Below, piece after piece: positions 47,774 to 57,512 of a stretch of DNA of 64,000 nt (position 1 is the stretch's first letter; each line of letters opens with the position of its first letter). This DNA is from Polyangiaceae bacterium. Lineage in GTDB: Bacteria > Myxococcota_A > Polyangia > Polyangiales > Polyangiaceae. The stretch lies in assembly GCA_965222375.1 (NCBI GenBank), contig CBDCTZ010000005.1, forward strand, positions 352,001 through 416,000, read 5' to 3'. The position numbers and the translations under genes are program-made. The notes beneath the pieces are model-generated. The model was not told the origin of the DNA. It saw nothing but the letters and a program-made list of their open reading frames with translations, and searched no databases.

Positions 47774-48043
47774 GCTCGGGAGGACTATCGGGCGCGACGC
47801 CAGCGCTGAAAAGCCGCTTATTCAAAAAAATCTCCCTCTCCGGGCGTAAGGCCGGTCGCGTGGCAGGCGTTCAGCTAGTTGATGTCGCCGTGTCTACAGC
47901 CATTGCCCGCCCAGCACCGGGGCGCCCCCGAGGCGCTATGCCTGGCGGCGGCATTTTTGGCGTCCGAGTCCGCTCTCGGGGCCCTGCCGGGCGACCCCAC
48001 CCACCGCCTTTCCCGGGGCCCGCGGTCGTGTACAGTCGCCGCC

Positions 48044-48643
48044 GTGCAGGCGGCTGAGGAATCCGACGCCCTGGAAGAGGAGCGACAGCTCGTCGCCCTC
48101 GCCCACGAAGGGGACAAAGAGGCGCTTGGCTCATTGCTGCGCCAGTACGGCCCGCGCTTGTACCGCAGCGTGCTGTTGCCCCGCCTGGGGAGCACCGCCG
48201 CCGCTGAAGAAGCGCTGAGCCAGACCTACATGAAGGTCGTCGAGCGGTTTCACCAGTTCAGCTGGCAGAGCGTCGGCGTCTACCCGTGGCTGCGCGTGGT
48301 TGCACTGCGGGTCGCCCTCGACCAGCTTCGGCAGCGAAAGCGCGAGGTTCTGTTCGAGCCCAATGACTTGCAGCGAGAGGTAGATGCGGCAGAGGGCGAC
48401 AATCAGGAAGCGAACATCCTGGAACGCCATGACCTGGCGATCGCCAGGCAGCGTGTGGAGCTGGCACTGGGGAGGATCAATCCGCGCTATGCCACCGCAA
48501 TTCGCTTGCGAGTACTCGAAGAACGATCCAGGGAAGAAGTTGCCAAGGAGCTCGAGGTGAGCGTAGCCACCTTCGACGTCGTGCTGCACCGCGCAATGGC
48601 GGCCCTACGCAAGGCATTGAGCGTCCGAGGAAAAGACGCATGA
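48044..48643 (+). CDS. ECF sigma factor
   Basis: Region 2 (GDKEALGSL, AEEALSQTY, WLRVVA) and region 4 (EEVAKELEVSVATFDVVLHRA). Start uncertain. Confidence 0.88.
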   Translation: MQAAEESDALEEERQLVALAHEGDKEALGSLLRQYGPRLYRSVLLPRLGSTAAAEEALSQTYMKVVERFHQFSWQSVGVYPWLRVVALRVALDQLRQRKREVLFEPNDLQREVDAAEGDNQEANILERHDLAIARQRVELALGRINPRYATAIRLRVLEERSREEVAKELEVSVATFDVVLHRAMAALRKALSVRGKDA

Positions 48644-49251
48644 GCGACGACCGAAACACCGCCGGCGAAGACGCCTTCGAACCCCTCGATCCGGAGATCG
48701 AGGCGGCCCTATCGGAATCCATCCGTGCGGCATGGAGCCCCACGGAGTTGTCCCCGGAACTCAACGAATTGTTGATCCAACAAGCCCTCGAAGACCCTTT
48801 GGGAGAGGCCTCTGAGGAGGAACTCGCGGAAAGCGAACGCCTTCGGGACGCCCTGGAGGGCCGAGGGGAGCATGCGGACGCCGCCCTTGCCAGCGCGCTG
48901 CGCTCCGCCGCGCTCCCATCGCCGCTATCCGAGCTGTCTGAGCAACGCGCGCTGCGACAGGCGATTCCTCGATCTTCGAGGAGAAAGACCCTGCCCCTGG
49001 TAGTCACCGGCGCGACGGCGCTCGTCGCCCTCGCCGCTTCGGTGGCCTTGGTGCTGAGAACTTCATCGGAAAGCCCCAGCGGCGCGCAGATCGCCCAACA
49101 GGCAAAGGACCTCGTCCAGTCGCGCTCCACCGCTGCGCTGTTCCCAACCAAGTTCGAGACCGGCAAGGCATCCCAGCGCATCGATCGCATTGCGAGTGCG
49201 CGGGGTCGCGAGCTTCGCGAAAACCGTTTCGCCTTGTGGGGAGTGCGATGA
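48640..49251 (+). CDS. Putative single-TM anti-sigma factor
   Basis: ATGA-coupled to the ECF gene; acidic N-terminus, one TM helix, short C-terminus. Confidence 0.6.
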   Translation: MSDDRNTAGEDAFEPLDPEIEAALSESIRAAWSPTELSPELNELLIQQALEDPLGEASEEELAESERLRDALEGRGEHADAALASALRSAALPSPLSELSEQRALRQAIPRSSRRKTLPLVVTGATALVALAASVALVLRTSSESPSGAQIAQQAKDLVQSRSTAALFPTKFETGKASQRIDRIASARGRELRENRFALWGVR

Positions 49252-49841
49252 CCAGCTCGGTTAGACGCCTCTGGTTGCTGGCCGCGGTCTGCACTGCGGT
49301 TGCGCTGCTCATGCTTGGCGCCTGTGGCATGGCTACGGACAGCGGCGGCCAAGGTTCGGCGGGCGCGGCCGGTCAACCCGTGGACCCAACGCTCTTGGCG
49401 TTCTTGTCACGCGCCCGTTCGGCCCATCACATTGCCGACGAACACGAAGAATCCATGCAGCTAGACAAAGCCGTTGGCACGTTGCGTGAATTGGTCGCCG
49501 GCCCCATTCCGGGCGGCGCGATGCGTCCGGAGGTGCGGGAGGTTCTCGCGGATACCCGCGCCCGCCTGGCGGATCTGGAAAGCCAGCGCGGCAAGTTCGA
49601 CGCGGCGGCCAAGGACATCGAGGCCGGATTGGAACTCGTCGAACAGCGAACCTATTTCCGCGGCCACTTGTTCGAGGTGCGTGGGTTGCTCGAGGATCGG
49701 CGAGCCGAGGCTCTGCGCAAGGACGGCAAGGACGACGCAGCCCAAGCCGCCAAAAAGCGGGCTCTCAAAGCCCTCGAAACGTCGATGGAAATCCAAGCTG
49801 AAGTCATCAGCCAGGCAATACCTGCGGAGCCTGGGAAATGA
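49248..49841 (+). CDS. TPR-like lipoprotein
   Basis: Lipobox LGAC; helical TPR-like segment; ATGA overlap. Confidence 0.7.
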   Translation: MTSSVRRLWLLAAVCTAVALLMLGACGMATDSGGQGSAGAAGQPVDPTLLAFLSRARSAHHIADEHEESMQLDKAVGTLRELVAGPIPGGAMRPEVREVLADTRARLADLESQRGKFDAAAKDIEAGLELVEQRTYFRGHLFEVRGLLEDRRAEALRKDGKDDAAQAAKKRALKALETSMEIQAEVISQAIPAEPGK

Positions 49842-50308
49842 ATACGCGCCTGCTTCGCGTGCTTTGCCTGATCTGGGCCGCAGCTGGCTGCGGCGGCTCC
49901 TCGCGTCCCGGGTCGGCCCCGAGCTCAGCGCCAGCCACGGAGGCCTCAGAACCCGGAGGTGCCGATAGCGACGACAAGGGGGCCCGGGAGTATCAACAGC
50001 AACCCGGCTATGCCCCTGGCGGAGGCTTTGCCCAACCGCCTGCACAGCCCGGCGGCTCCGCCATGGACGTGGCACCCTCGCTCCAATCTGCGCTGGACAG
50101 CTTCGAAGCCGCCGCGACGCGCCTGAACCAAGCCGGTGCCGATTGCCGGCTTGCCTGCAAGGCCCTCGGATCCATGCGCCGCTCCACGCAACGAATTTGC
50201 CAACTAAGCGATTCTGAGGATTCGGAGCATTGCCAGCGCGCCAAGCGTCGCCTCCAAGACGCGGAGAAGCGCGTCGAAAGCAGCTGCACCTGCAGCGAAA
50301 CACCATGA
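49838..50308 (+). CDS. Cys-rich helical lipoprotein
   Basis: Lipobox AAGC; DCRLACKALGSM...RIC...HC...SCTC; ATGA overlap. Confidence 0.7.
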   Translation: MNTRLLRVLCLIWAAAGCGGSSRPGSAPSSAPATEASEPGGADSDDKGAREYQQQPGYAPGGGFAQPPAQPGGSAMDVAPSLQSALDSFEAAATRLNQAGADCRLACKALGSMRRSTQRICQLSDSEDSEHCQRAKRRLQDAEKRVESSCTCSETP

Positions 50309-51219
50309 CCGCTCAGCTTGCTGTCAGTGCCACGGACGTTCGCGCCGGCGGTCGTTGGCGGCGGGGCCAAGCAGCCAAGAACGCGGCGATCCGCTGGGGG
50401 ATCCGCGCGCTACTCTGGGTCGCGGATGCCCTGCCCGAGTCGGTCCTGGTCGCCTGCGGGCGAAGCTTGGGGCGGTTGACGGCGATGAACGAGCAGCTCG
50501 CGAGTGTGACACGCCAGAACATCTCGCTGTCGTTTGGGAACGAGCGCGCAAACCCGTTGACCGCGGAGTGCTTCTCGAGCGTCGGCGAGACCCTTGCGCA
50601 CACGCTGTTACTACGGCGGCCCGGAGCACGAGCCTCGCGCCACGTCGAACTCGATGCGACCAATTGCAAGCGCCTGCAGCGAGCGCTCCAACAGGGCAAG
50701 GGTGCGCTGGTCTTGTCGGCCCACTACGGTCCCTTCGAACACATCGCCGCGGTCGTTGCTGAAAACGGAATTGCTGCCACCGTCCTCGTGCGAGAGAGCT
50801 ACGATCCCGCCCTCGACTCCATCGTGGACTCCCACCGGCTTCGTCACGGCGTCCAGGTTGCCCATCGGGGACGCTCGCCCCTGGGCGTACTGTCCGCACT
50901 GCGTCGCGGGCGCGCGGTCGGACTGCTGGTGGATCTACCGGGGCGCTTCGCCACTGAAAGCGTACGTTTTCTGGGTGCGCCCCAGGTAGCGTTCCCTCGC
51001 GGCCCCGCCTTACTAGCAACACGGCTGGCGGTTCCAGTACTGGTCGCCCTGTTGCACCCCAAGCCCCAGGGCGGCTTTCGGCTGGTTTTCGAAGAACTGA
51101 ACTGCCCGCCGGACGAATTGACGCAGCGCGTTGCAGATCGAATCGACGCGCACGTTCGCGCCTACCCGCAGCACTGGCTCTGGATGGCGCGCCCCTTATC
51201 CACGCCGGGCCGTGGCTAA
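50305..51219 (+). CDS. LpxL/HtrB/PatA-family lipid acyltransferase
   Basis: LSAHYGPFE (Hx4E), VGLLVD, VRFLG, YPQHWLW. Confidence 0.88.
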   Translation: MTAQLAVSATDVRAGGRWRRGQAAKNAAIRWGIRALLWVADALPESVLVACGRSLGRLTAMNEQLASVTRQNISLSFGNERANPLTAECFSSVGETLAHTLLLRRPGARASRHVELDATNCKRLQRALQQGKGALVLSAHYGPFEHIAAVVAENGIAATVLVRESYDPALDSIVDSHRLRHGVQVAHRGRSPLGVLSALRRGRAVGLLVDLPGRFATESVRFLGAPQVAFPRGPALLATRLAVPVLVALLHPKPQGGFRLVFEELNCPPDELTQRVADRIDAHVRAYPQHWLWMARPLSTPGRG

Positions 51220-51249
51220 TTGCGAAAAAAACGCGGAGGCCGCTAGACT
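51220..51249 (+). promoter_or_regulatory. Candidate sigma70-type promoter for the J-protein/dnaK unit
   Basis: TTGCGA-N18-TAGACT. A similar TTGCGA-N18-TAAATC precedes the tRNA. Confidence 0.35.
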
Positions 51250-51284
51250 TGCGGACAGTAGCCTCAACTTCGCCTGTGAACAAA

Positions 51285-52769
51285 GTGACGCAGAACGACA
51301 CAACGCGCACGCCTCAAGCCGTGGAGGGCGTGGACATGAAATCGCTTCCGATCGGGCCGGAAGAAGCGTTCGTGCTGTCGAGAGTGGATGGGCGCACCAA
51401 CGAGAGCGAGATCGCGGCCGTGACCGGCCTCGACCTCGATCGAGTCCAGACCCTGCTCACGCGCTTGTCGGAACTTGGAGCCGTGAGCTTCGACGCGCCG
51501 CCGCCCCCGCCCAAGCGCCCCAAGCCGTCGCCCTCCATTCCCCCAGGCCGAGGCCTCACGCACCCGGTCATCGAAGCCCGGGACGGCGGTTCGAGCGCGC
51601 TGCACCCCGCCGCGGCTCTTTACGATCCAGCCGAGCTCGACGAGGAAGTGGACCTAGAACTGCCCAAGAAGCGCATGATCCTAGATCGCTTCTACAGCCT
51701 GGATAGCGTGACCCACTACGAGCTGCTAGGGGTCACGGCTGACGCGGATAAGAAAGCGGTCAAACACGCCTACTTCGCATTGGTCGGCGAGTTCCATACC
51801 GACCGCTACTACGGTAAAAACCTCGGCAATTTCAAGGCAAAGCTCGATCGCGTATTCCAACGCCTTACGGAGGCTCACGACACCCTCACGTACCCAGCTA
51901 CCCGTAGCGAGTACGACGACTACCTCTCCGCGCAATCTCGAACACGCGACCTGGAACAGGCGCTGGGCGACGAGCCGTCCCGCACCGCCGAGGTTGAGCA
52001 AGCACGCAAGGTCATCGAGGAAGAGGCACGCGTCGCCGAGCGGGCACAGCACACACCGGGCAAGGATTCCGTCCGACCCTTGGCCAAGGGCGAGCGGCGC
52101 CGCGCCCTCGCCCGCAAGCTAGGGGCCACGGGCATGCAGGCGCGCGCTCGCTCCTCGGCACCGCCCGCTTCGAGTCGCAGCCCCGTTGCACAGGAGATGG
52201 TCGCGGACGGCCTCAAGCGCCGCTACGAGCAGCGCCTCGCGAGTGCACGCGAAAGCCAAATCGAAAAGTATCGAACGGCCGCCGAACAAGCGTTGGCGAA
52301 GAACGACGTCGTCGCCGCGGCCAGCTCACTCCGCATCGCTTCGTCCCTGGTCCCTGAGGACGAAGAACTCGCCGATCAACTTGAAGAGATCCAAGAGAAA
52401 GCCAACTTGGAGCTCGCGGAAAGCTACCTCGAACAAGCGCGCTACGAAGAACGCAGCGGTCGCTTCCTCGAAGCGGCCCTGTCCTTCGAGCGGGCAGCCC
52501 GGGGCAAGCCCAGCGCCAAGCTTTACGAACGGGCAGCACACTGCCTGTTGGAGGGGGATGGCGACATGCGTCGCGCAGGCGAATTGGCCAAGAAAGCCGC
52601 TACAATGGCGCCCAAAGCCGCCGAGCCTCGAGTTACCCTCGCGAAGGTTTACGCCCACGCGGGCATGAAGGAAAGCGCCGTCATGGAATTCGAGCGGGCG
52701 GCGCAACTAGCGCCAGACGATGATAGCATCAAGGACTGGATCAAACGCCTCAAGCGCGGCGAGCTGTAG
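51285..52769 (+). CDS. J-domain/TPR protein with N-terminal wHTH-like module; HPD replaced by HTD
   Basis: HYELLGV...AYFALVGEFHTDRY...FQRLTEAHDTL; C-terminal TPRs. Start GTG 51285 or ATG 51336. Confidence 0.88.
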   Translation: MTQNDTTRTPQAVEGVDMKSLPIGPEEAFVLSRVDGRTNESEIAAVTGLDLDRVQTLLTRLSELGAVSFDAPPPPPKRPKPSPSIPPGRGLTHPVIEARDGGSSALHPAAALYDPAELDEEVDLELPKKRMILDRFYSLDSVTHYELLGVTADADKKAVKHAYFALVGEFHTDRYYGKNLGNFKAKLDRVFQRLTEAHDTLTYPATRSEYDDYLSAQSRTRDLEQALGDEPSRTAEVEQARKVIEEEARVAERAQHTPGKDSVRPLAKGERRRALARKLGATGMQARARSSAPPASSRSPVAQEMVADGLKRRYEQRLASARESQIEKYRTAAEQALAKNDVVAAASSLRIASSLVPEDEELADQLEEIQEKANLELAESYLEQARYEERSGRFLEAALSFERAARGKPSAKLYERAAHCLLEGDGDMRRAGELAKKAATMAPKAAEPRVTLAKVYAHAGMKESAVMEFERAAQLAPDDDSIKDWIKRLKRGEL

Positions 52770-52806
52770 CCCCAACCAAAACCCCAAGAAACAGGACTGA
52801 ACATAC

Positions 52807-54630
52807 ATGGAGCGCGTCATCGGTATCGATTTGGGGACCACCAATTCTTGTGTATCGGTCATGGAGGGAGACGCACCGGTCGTCATCCCCAACCGCGGTG
52901 GATACAAGACCACCCCCAGCATCGTCGCGGTCACCGAAGCGGGCAAACGACTCGTGGGGCACATCGCCAAGCGTCAGGCCATCACGAACGCGGAAAACAC
53001 CGTGTACGCCGCAAAGCGCCTGATTGGCCGCAAATGGAACTCTCCCCAGGTCAAGAACGCGATCATGACCTCGAGCTACACCATCGTCGAGGGTCCCCAC
53101 GGAGACGTCCGCATCAAGCTCCGCGACAAGACGTACTCGGTTCCAGAAATCAGTTCGATGGTCCTTCAAGAGATGAAGATCATCGCCGAAGACTACCTTG
53201 GCGAGACCGTCGACAAAGCCGTGGTCACGGTCCCGGCCTACTTCAACGACAACCAGCGACAGGCCACCAAAGACGCAGGTGCAATCGCTGGGCTCGATGT
53301 CATACGCATCATCAATGAGCCGACCGCCGCCTCCCTTGCCTACGGGTTCGGAAAGGAACTCGATCGCACCGTGGCCGTCTACGACTTGGGCGGCGGCACC
53401 TTCGACATCAGCATCCTCGAGATCGGTGCTCATGGGGTGTTCAAAGTCATCAGCACGACGGGTGACACATTCTTGGGAGGCGAGGACTTCGACGCGCGAA
53501 TCATCGACTGGCTGGTCGAAGGGTTCAAAGAAGAGCACGACATCGATTTGCGACAGGACCGCATGGCCCTGCAGCGACTGCGAGACGCCGCGGAGAAAGG
53601 CAAGTGCGAGCTATCGGGTGTCACTGAGACCGAAATCAACCTGCCCTTCATCATCTCGACCGGGCGTAACGAAGCACTGCACTTGCAGCGCACGTTGTCC
53701 CGAGAACTGCTCGAAAAGCTCACCGAGGACTTGGTCGACCGCACCGTGGATATCTGCCGCCAGGCCCTAGAAGATGCCAAATTGGACGCGGACGAGGTGG
53801 AAGATGTGATCCTCGTGGGCGGCATGACTCGCATGCCTGCCATCATCCGCGCAGTGCAAGAGCACTTCCGTCGAGAGCCTAACAAGGGCGTACACCCGGA
53901 TGAAGTCGTCGCGCTGGGCGCCGCAATTCAGGGCGCAGCACTGGTCGACGACAAGCACGAAATGATCCTGCTCGACGTCACGCCCCACGCGCTTGGCATC
54001 ATGACCTTCGGCTCCTACTTCGAAGAACTCATCCCCCAGAATACGACCGTCCCCACCAGTCGCACCAAGGTCTTCACCACCAGCCGCGACAACCAAACGG
54101 CCGTGAAGATCTTGGTAATGCAGGGTGAAAGCAAGCAGGCCGACGAAAACGAGCTCCTCGGGGAGTTCATCCTCACGGGGCTACGGCGTGCCCCGAAGGG
54201 CCACGTCGAGATCGAGGTGACCTTCGAGATCAACACCGACGGAATCGTGAGTGTGCATGCCAAGGACCTCGAAACAGGCCAAGAGCAATCGATTCAAGTC
54301 ACTGCGTCCAGCGGTCTGACGCCGGAAGAAATCAAGAACATGATGGACAGCGCGCAGGATTACCTCGTCGAGCGACGCTCCGATGAAGAGTTCGAAAAGG
54401 CGCGCCAGGAGGCCGAGACGATGATTGCCGAGATCGAGCGACTCTTCCCGGACGTCGAGCGGATCGTCGGAACCGCGGACTTCGGCCGCGACGCGATCTC
54501 GAAGGCCCAGGGCATTGTGGAGGCCACGAAGAAGGCGATCACACAGAAGAATACGGCACAGCTGAAGGAGCAACTCGAACAACTTGCGCGCACCGAGCGA
54601 ATGTTCCGTGGTGTCGTAGCGAGAACGTAA
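52807..54630 (+). CDS. dnaK: Hsp70/DnaK paralog
   Basis: GIDLGTTNS, TVPAYFND, DLGGGTFD, GGEDFD, LLDVTP; no acidic C-terminal tail. Confidence 0.93.
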   Translation: MERVIGIDLGTTNSCVSVMEGDAPVVIPNRGGYKTTPSIVAVTEAGKRLVGHIAKRQAITNAENTVYAAKRLIGRKWNSPQVKNAIMTSSYTIVEGPHGDVRIKLRDKTYSVPEISSMVLQEMKIIAEDYLGETVDKAVVTVPAYFNDNQRQATKDAGAIAGLDVIRIINEPTAASLAYGFGKELDRTVAVYDLGGGTFDISILEIGAHGVFKVISTTGDTFLGGEDFDARIIDWLVEGFKEEHDIDLRQDRMALQRLRDAAEKGKCELSGVTETEINLPFIISTGRNEALHLQRTLSRELLEKLTEDLVDRTVDICRQALEDAKLDADEVEDVILVGGMTRMPAIIRAVQEHFRREPNKGVHPDEVVALGAAIQGAALVDDKHEMILLDVTPHALGIMTFGSYFEELIPQNTTVPTSRTKVFTTSRDNQTAVKILVMQGESKQADENELLGEFILTGLRRAPKGHVEIEVTFEINTDGIVSVHAKDLETGQEQSIQVTASSGLTPEEIKNMMDSAQDYLVERRSDEEFEKARQEAETMIAEIERLFPDVERIVGTADFGRDAISKAQGIVEATKKAITQKNTAQLKEQLEQLARTERMFRGVVART

Positions 54631-54655
54631 GAGGTCAAAGGAAGCCCAGGTCGCC

Positions 54656-55546
54656 ATGGGGCAAAACGACAGGGACAGCCGAGCGCCGGCGTCGAAAAAC
54701 GCGGAGACCGAGTTGATCGACGCCAGCTGGGACGACGACGATCTCGTCTCGGGCGTGGAGCTCGCTCAACCTGAAGATGACGAAGACGTCGGCGATCGAG
54801 TCACGGCGATCCCGAGTATGCCGCCGGAAATGATGGCAGAAAAACTCATGGCGCAGGCGCCCCCGTCCCTACCTCCGCAGGTCACGCGAGCGACACCTGC
54901 CACCCCGACCGGTATGAAGGCGGTCCGTGCTCCAAGCCTCGAGATGCCCTTCACGTCGCCCTCCAGCCCTACCTTCGATGGCGAGGACGAACCACCGACA
55001 GAGCCCAAGCGAGTGCCTTCCGTCGACGATCTCGATCTGTCTCCAAACGCGCCCCCCTTGGAGCTCGATCTTTCGGCGGGCGGCGGCCCCGTCCCCACTG
55101 AGCCGCCGACCCCCGCCGCACCGGCTGCGGTCACGCCCATGGCGCCAGCGCTTTCATCCCAGGACGATCCGGAAACGGAAATGAAGGACCGTTACGCGAT
55201 GGGGGATTTCACGGGCGCCTTGGTCGTTGCGGAGAGCCTGTTGGACGCGAACCCTGAGGACGAGCAGGCGGCGCGCTACGCAGAAAGCTGCCGCGACGTA
55301 TTGACCCAAATGTACTCGGCGCGCCTCGGCCCATCGGATCAGACGGTGGTCGTCGCGGTCCCGCCAGATCAGATCCGCTGGCTGTCCTTGGACCATCGCG
55401 CGGGGTTCTTGCTCAGCATGATCGACGGAACCAGCAGCATTGACGAAATCCTCGATGTCAGCGGCATGGCAAGGCTCGAAGCCATGCGCATCTTGTTCAT
55501 GCTCTACGAGCAGCAAGTCATTCGGCTCGAGCCTTCGAGCGGCTAG
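54656..55546 (+). CDS. Hypothetical protein: acidic/Pro-rich N-terminus, TPR-like helix pair, C-terminal wHTH-like module
   Basis: LSLDHRAGFLLSMIDGTSSIDEILDVSGM. Confidence 0.75.
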   Translation: MGQNDRDSRAPASKNAETELIDASWDDDDLVSGVELAQPEDDEDVGDRVTAIPSMPPEMMAEKLMAQAPPSLPPQVTRATPATPTGMKAVRAPSLEMPFTSPSSPTFDGEDEPPTEPKRVPSVDDLDLSPNAPPLELDLSAGGGPVPTEPPTPAAPAAVTPMAPALSSQDDPETEMKDRYAMGDFTGALVVAESLLDANPEDEQAARYAESCRDVLTQMYSARLGPSDQTVVVAVPPDQIRWLSLDHRAGFLLSMIDGTSSIDEILDVSGMARLEAMRILFMLYEQQVIRLEPSSG

Positions 55547-55547
55547 C

Positions 55548-57512
55548 GTGAACACCGTCGAGCGTGCACCCGCGCTCGTCGAGCTCGCGCTAGGCACTCT
55601 GCTGCTGTGGGTTGCTCTCGGCGTGGGCCAGGCGGCTTTGGCCAGTCCGCCAGCGCATACCCCAATCGAGCCCAATGCGTCGGTGCCCCTCGGCGCTGAG
55701 CATGACACAGACGCTTCCCTGCCGACCCGGGCAGAGGAGGTGGCCAACTACAAGCTCGCGGCGCGCCTCGACGAGACCAGTCACGTGGTGGACGGATCCG
55801 GTGAGTTGGTTTGGACCAACCGTTCTCGCGCCCCGGTGAAACACCTGTATTTTCACCTCTACCTGAACGCTTTCAAGAACGAAGAATCGCTTTTCCTGCG
55901 CTCTCCCTTTGTAACTGGACGTGACGAAGGCCAGTTGTCGGATTCAGGCTACATCGAAGTGTCCGAAATGCGCGCCAGGCAGTTCGGTCAAGCCAACCTG
56001 TGGAACAACGCGGCGAAACACTCCCCCGGGGACCCTGACGACGAGACAGATATTCGACTGCCCCTGCCCGAAGCCGTGGAACCCGGGGAGTCACTGCATC
56101 TCACGTTCAAGTTTCGTTCGAAACTTCCTCGCGTCGTTGCCCGCACCGGCCACGCGGGTGGCTTTCATATGATTGCGCAGTGGTACCCCAAGATCGCACG
56201 ATTGGAAGATGATGGCACCTTCGCGCACTTTGCGTTTCATCCCCAGGCAGAGTTCTACTCGGATTTCGGCAAGTACGAGGTCGAACTCGACGTAGCAGAA
56301 CACCTGAAGGTCGGCGCCACAGGCCGCTTGAAGTCGAAAAGCCGCCAAGCCGGCCGGCAGCGCTACCACTACCGTGCGGAAAATGTTCATGACTTCGCCT
56401 GGTGCGCTGGAGCGAATCTCCTCGAAAAAGGCGAGCGCATCGACGACACGGACGTGCGCCTGCTCTACCCCCGTGGACATACCGCCAACGCCGTGACGAC
56501 CCTGTCCGCGTTGCGTCGCGCGCTGCCCAACATGGAGCGGCGCTTCGGCCGCTACCCCCATGGCGTTTTGACCGTCGTCCATCCACCCGATAGCGCGCAG
56601 GCGGCGGGTGGCATGGAGTATCCGACACTGATCACGACCGGTGGGAAGTGGTGGTCGGCCCATTCAGGTGCTCGGCTCCTCGAAAGCCTCGTGACCCATG
56701 AGCTCGGTCACCAGTGGTTCCAGGGCTTGGTAGCCACTCACGAGCCAAAGTATCCCTTCTTGGATGAGGGGTTGACCTCCTACGCCGAGCAAGCAGTCCT
56801 CGATGACCTATACGGTCAGGCCTCGTTTGCCAGGCTCGGCGGTTGGTCTCTCAGCGGCCACGCCCTGCGACGTGCTGCGGCGGCCCGCATGGCCCACGAC
56901 GACCCAATCGCTCAGCCAGCGGCCGGGTTTTCGAGCTTCGCCAGCATCGGTGGCTTGGTGTATTCGCGAACCGCGACCTTGCTCGAAACCCTCTCCCGGG
57001 TCTACGGCCGAGATCGCCTGGAGCGATCCATGGGCCGCTACGCTCGAGCGTATCGCTATCGCCACCCCACGCCCGAGGCCTGGCTGGACGCCATCGAGCA
57101 GGGCTTGGGCGCAGACGCCCGGGAGGTGGCGCGCCGGGCGTTGTTCGAGCGTGGATTCGTCGATTTCCTGGCCGAAACGCCTGAGAGCGCCGCGAAAGCG
57201 GCCTCAACCGGCCGATCCAGCCGAGTCATTCTTCGTCGACACGGCTCTCTGCAACTGCCCGTCGACGTTGAGCTGCATTTCGCTGACGGACGTCGGGAGC
57301 GCAAGCATTGGGACGGAAAGGCAGCGTGGACTGCGATCGACGTCGTGGACCCAGAGCCCGTGGTCGCTGTCGTCGTCGATCCAGACCACCGCGTATTGCT
57401 GGACCAGAACTTGTTCAACAATGCCCGCAGCGTGTCGCCGAAGCTGCCTTGGCGCTCCATCAGCCGCATCAACTATTGGTCAGGGCTCGCGCTCAGCCTG
57501 GTGGCACCATGA
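55548..57512 (+). CDS. M1-family zinc aminopeptidase, exported
   Basis: GGMEYP; HELGHQWF...LDEG. Confidence 0.93.
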   Translation: MNTVERAPALVELALGTLLLWVALGVGQAALASPPAHTPIEPNASVPLGAEHDTDASLPTRAEEVANYKLAARLDETSHVVDGSGELVWTNRSRAPVKHLYFHLYLNAFKNEESLFLRSPFVTGRDEGQLSDSGYIEVSEMRARQFGQANLWNNAAKHSPGDPDDETDIRLPLPEAVEPGESLHLTFKFRSKLPRVVARTGHAGGFHMIAQWYPKIARLEDDGTFAHFAFHPQAEFYSDFGKYEVELDVAEHLKVGATGRLKSKSRQAGRQRYHYRAENVHDFAWCAGANLLEKGERIDDTDVRLLYPRGHTANAVTTLSALRRALPNMERRFGRYPHGVLTVVHPPDSAQAAGGMEYPTLITTGGKWWSAHSGARLLESLVTHELGHQWFQGLVATHEPKYPFLDEGLTSYAEQAVLDDLYGQASFARLGGWSLSGHALRRAAAARMAHDDPIAQPAAGFSSFASIGGLVYSRTATLLETLSRVYGRDRLERSMGRYARAYRYRHPTPEAWLDAIEQGLGADAREVARRALFERGFVDFLAETPESAAKAASTGRSSRVILRRHGSLQLPVDVELHFADGRRERKHWDGKAAWTAIDVVDPEPVVAVVVDPDHRVLLDQNLFNNARSVSPKLPWRSISRINYWSGLALSLVAP

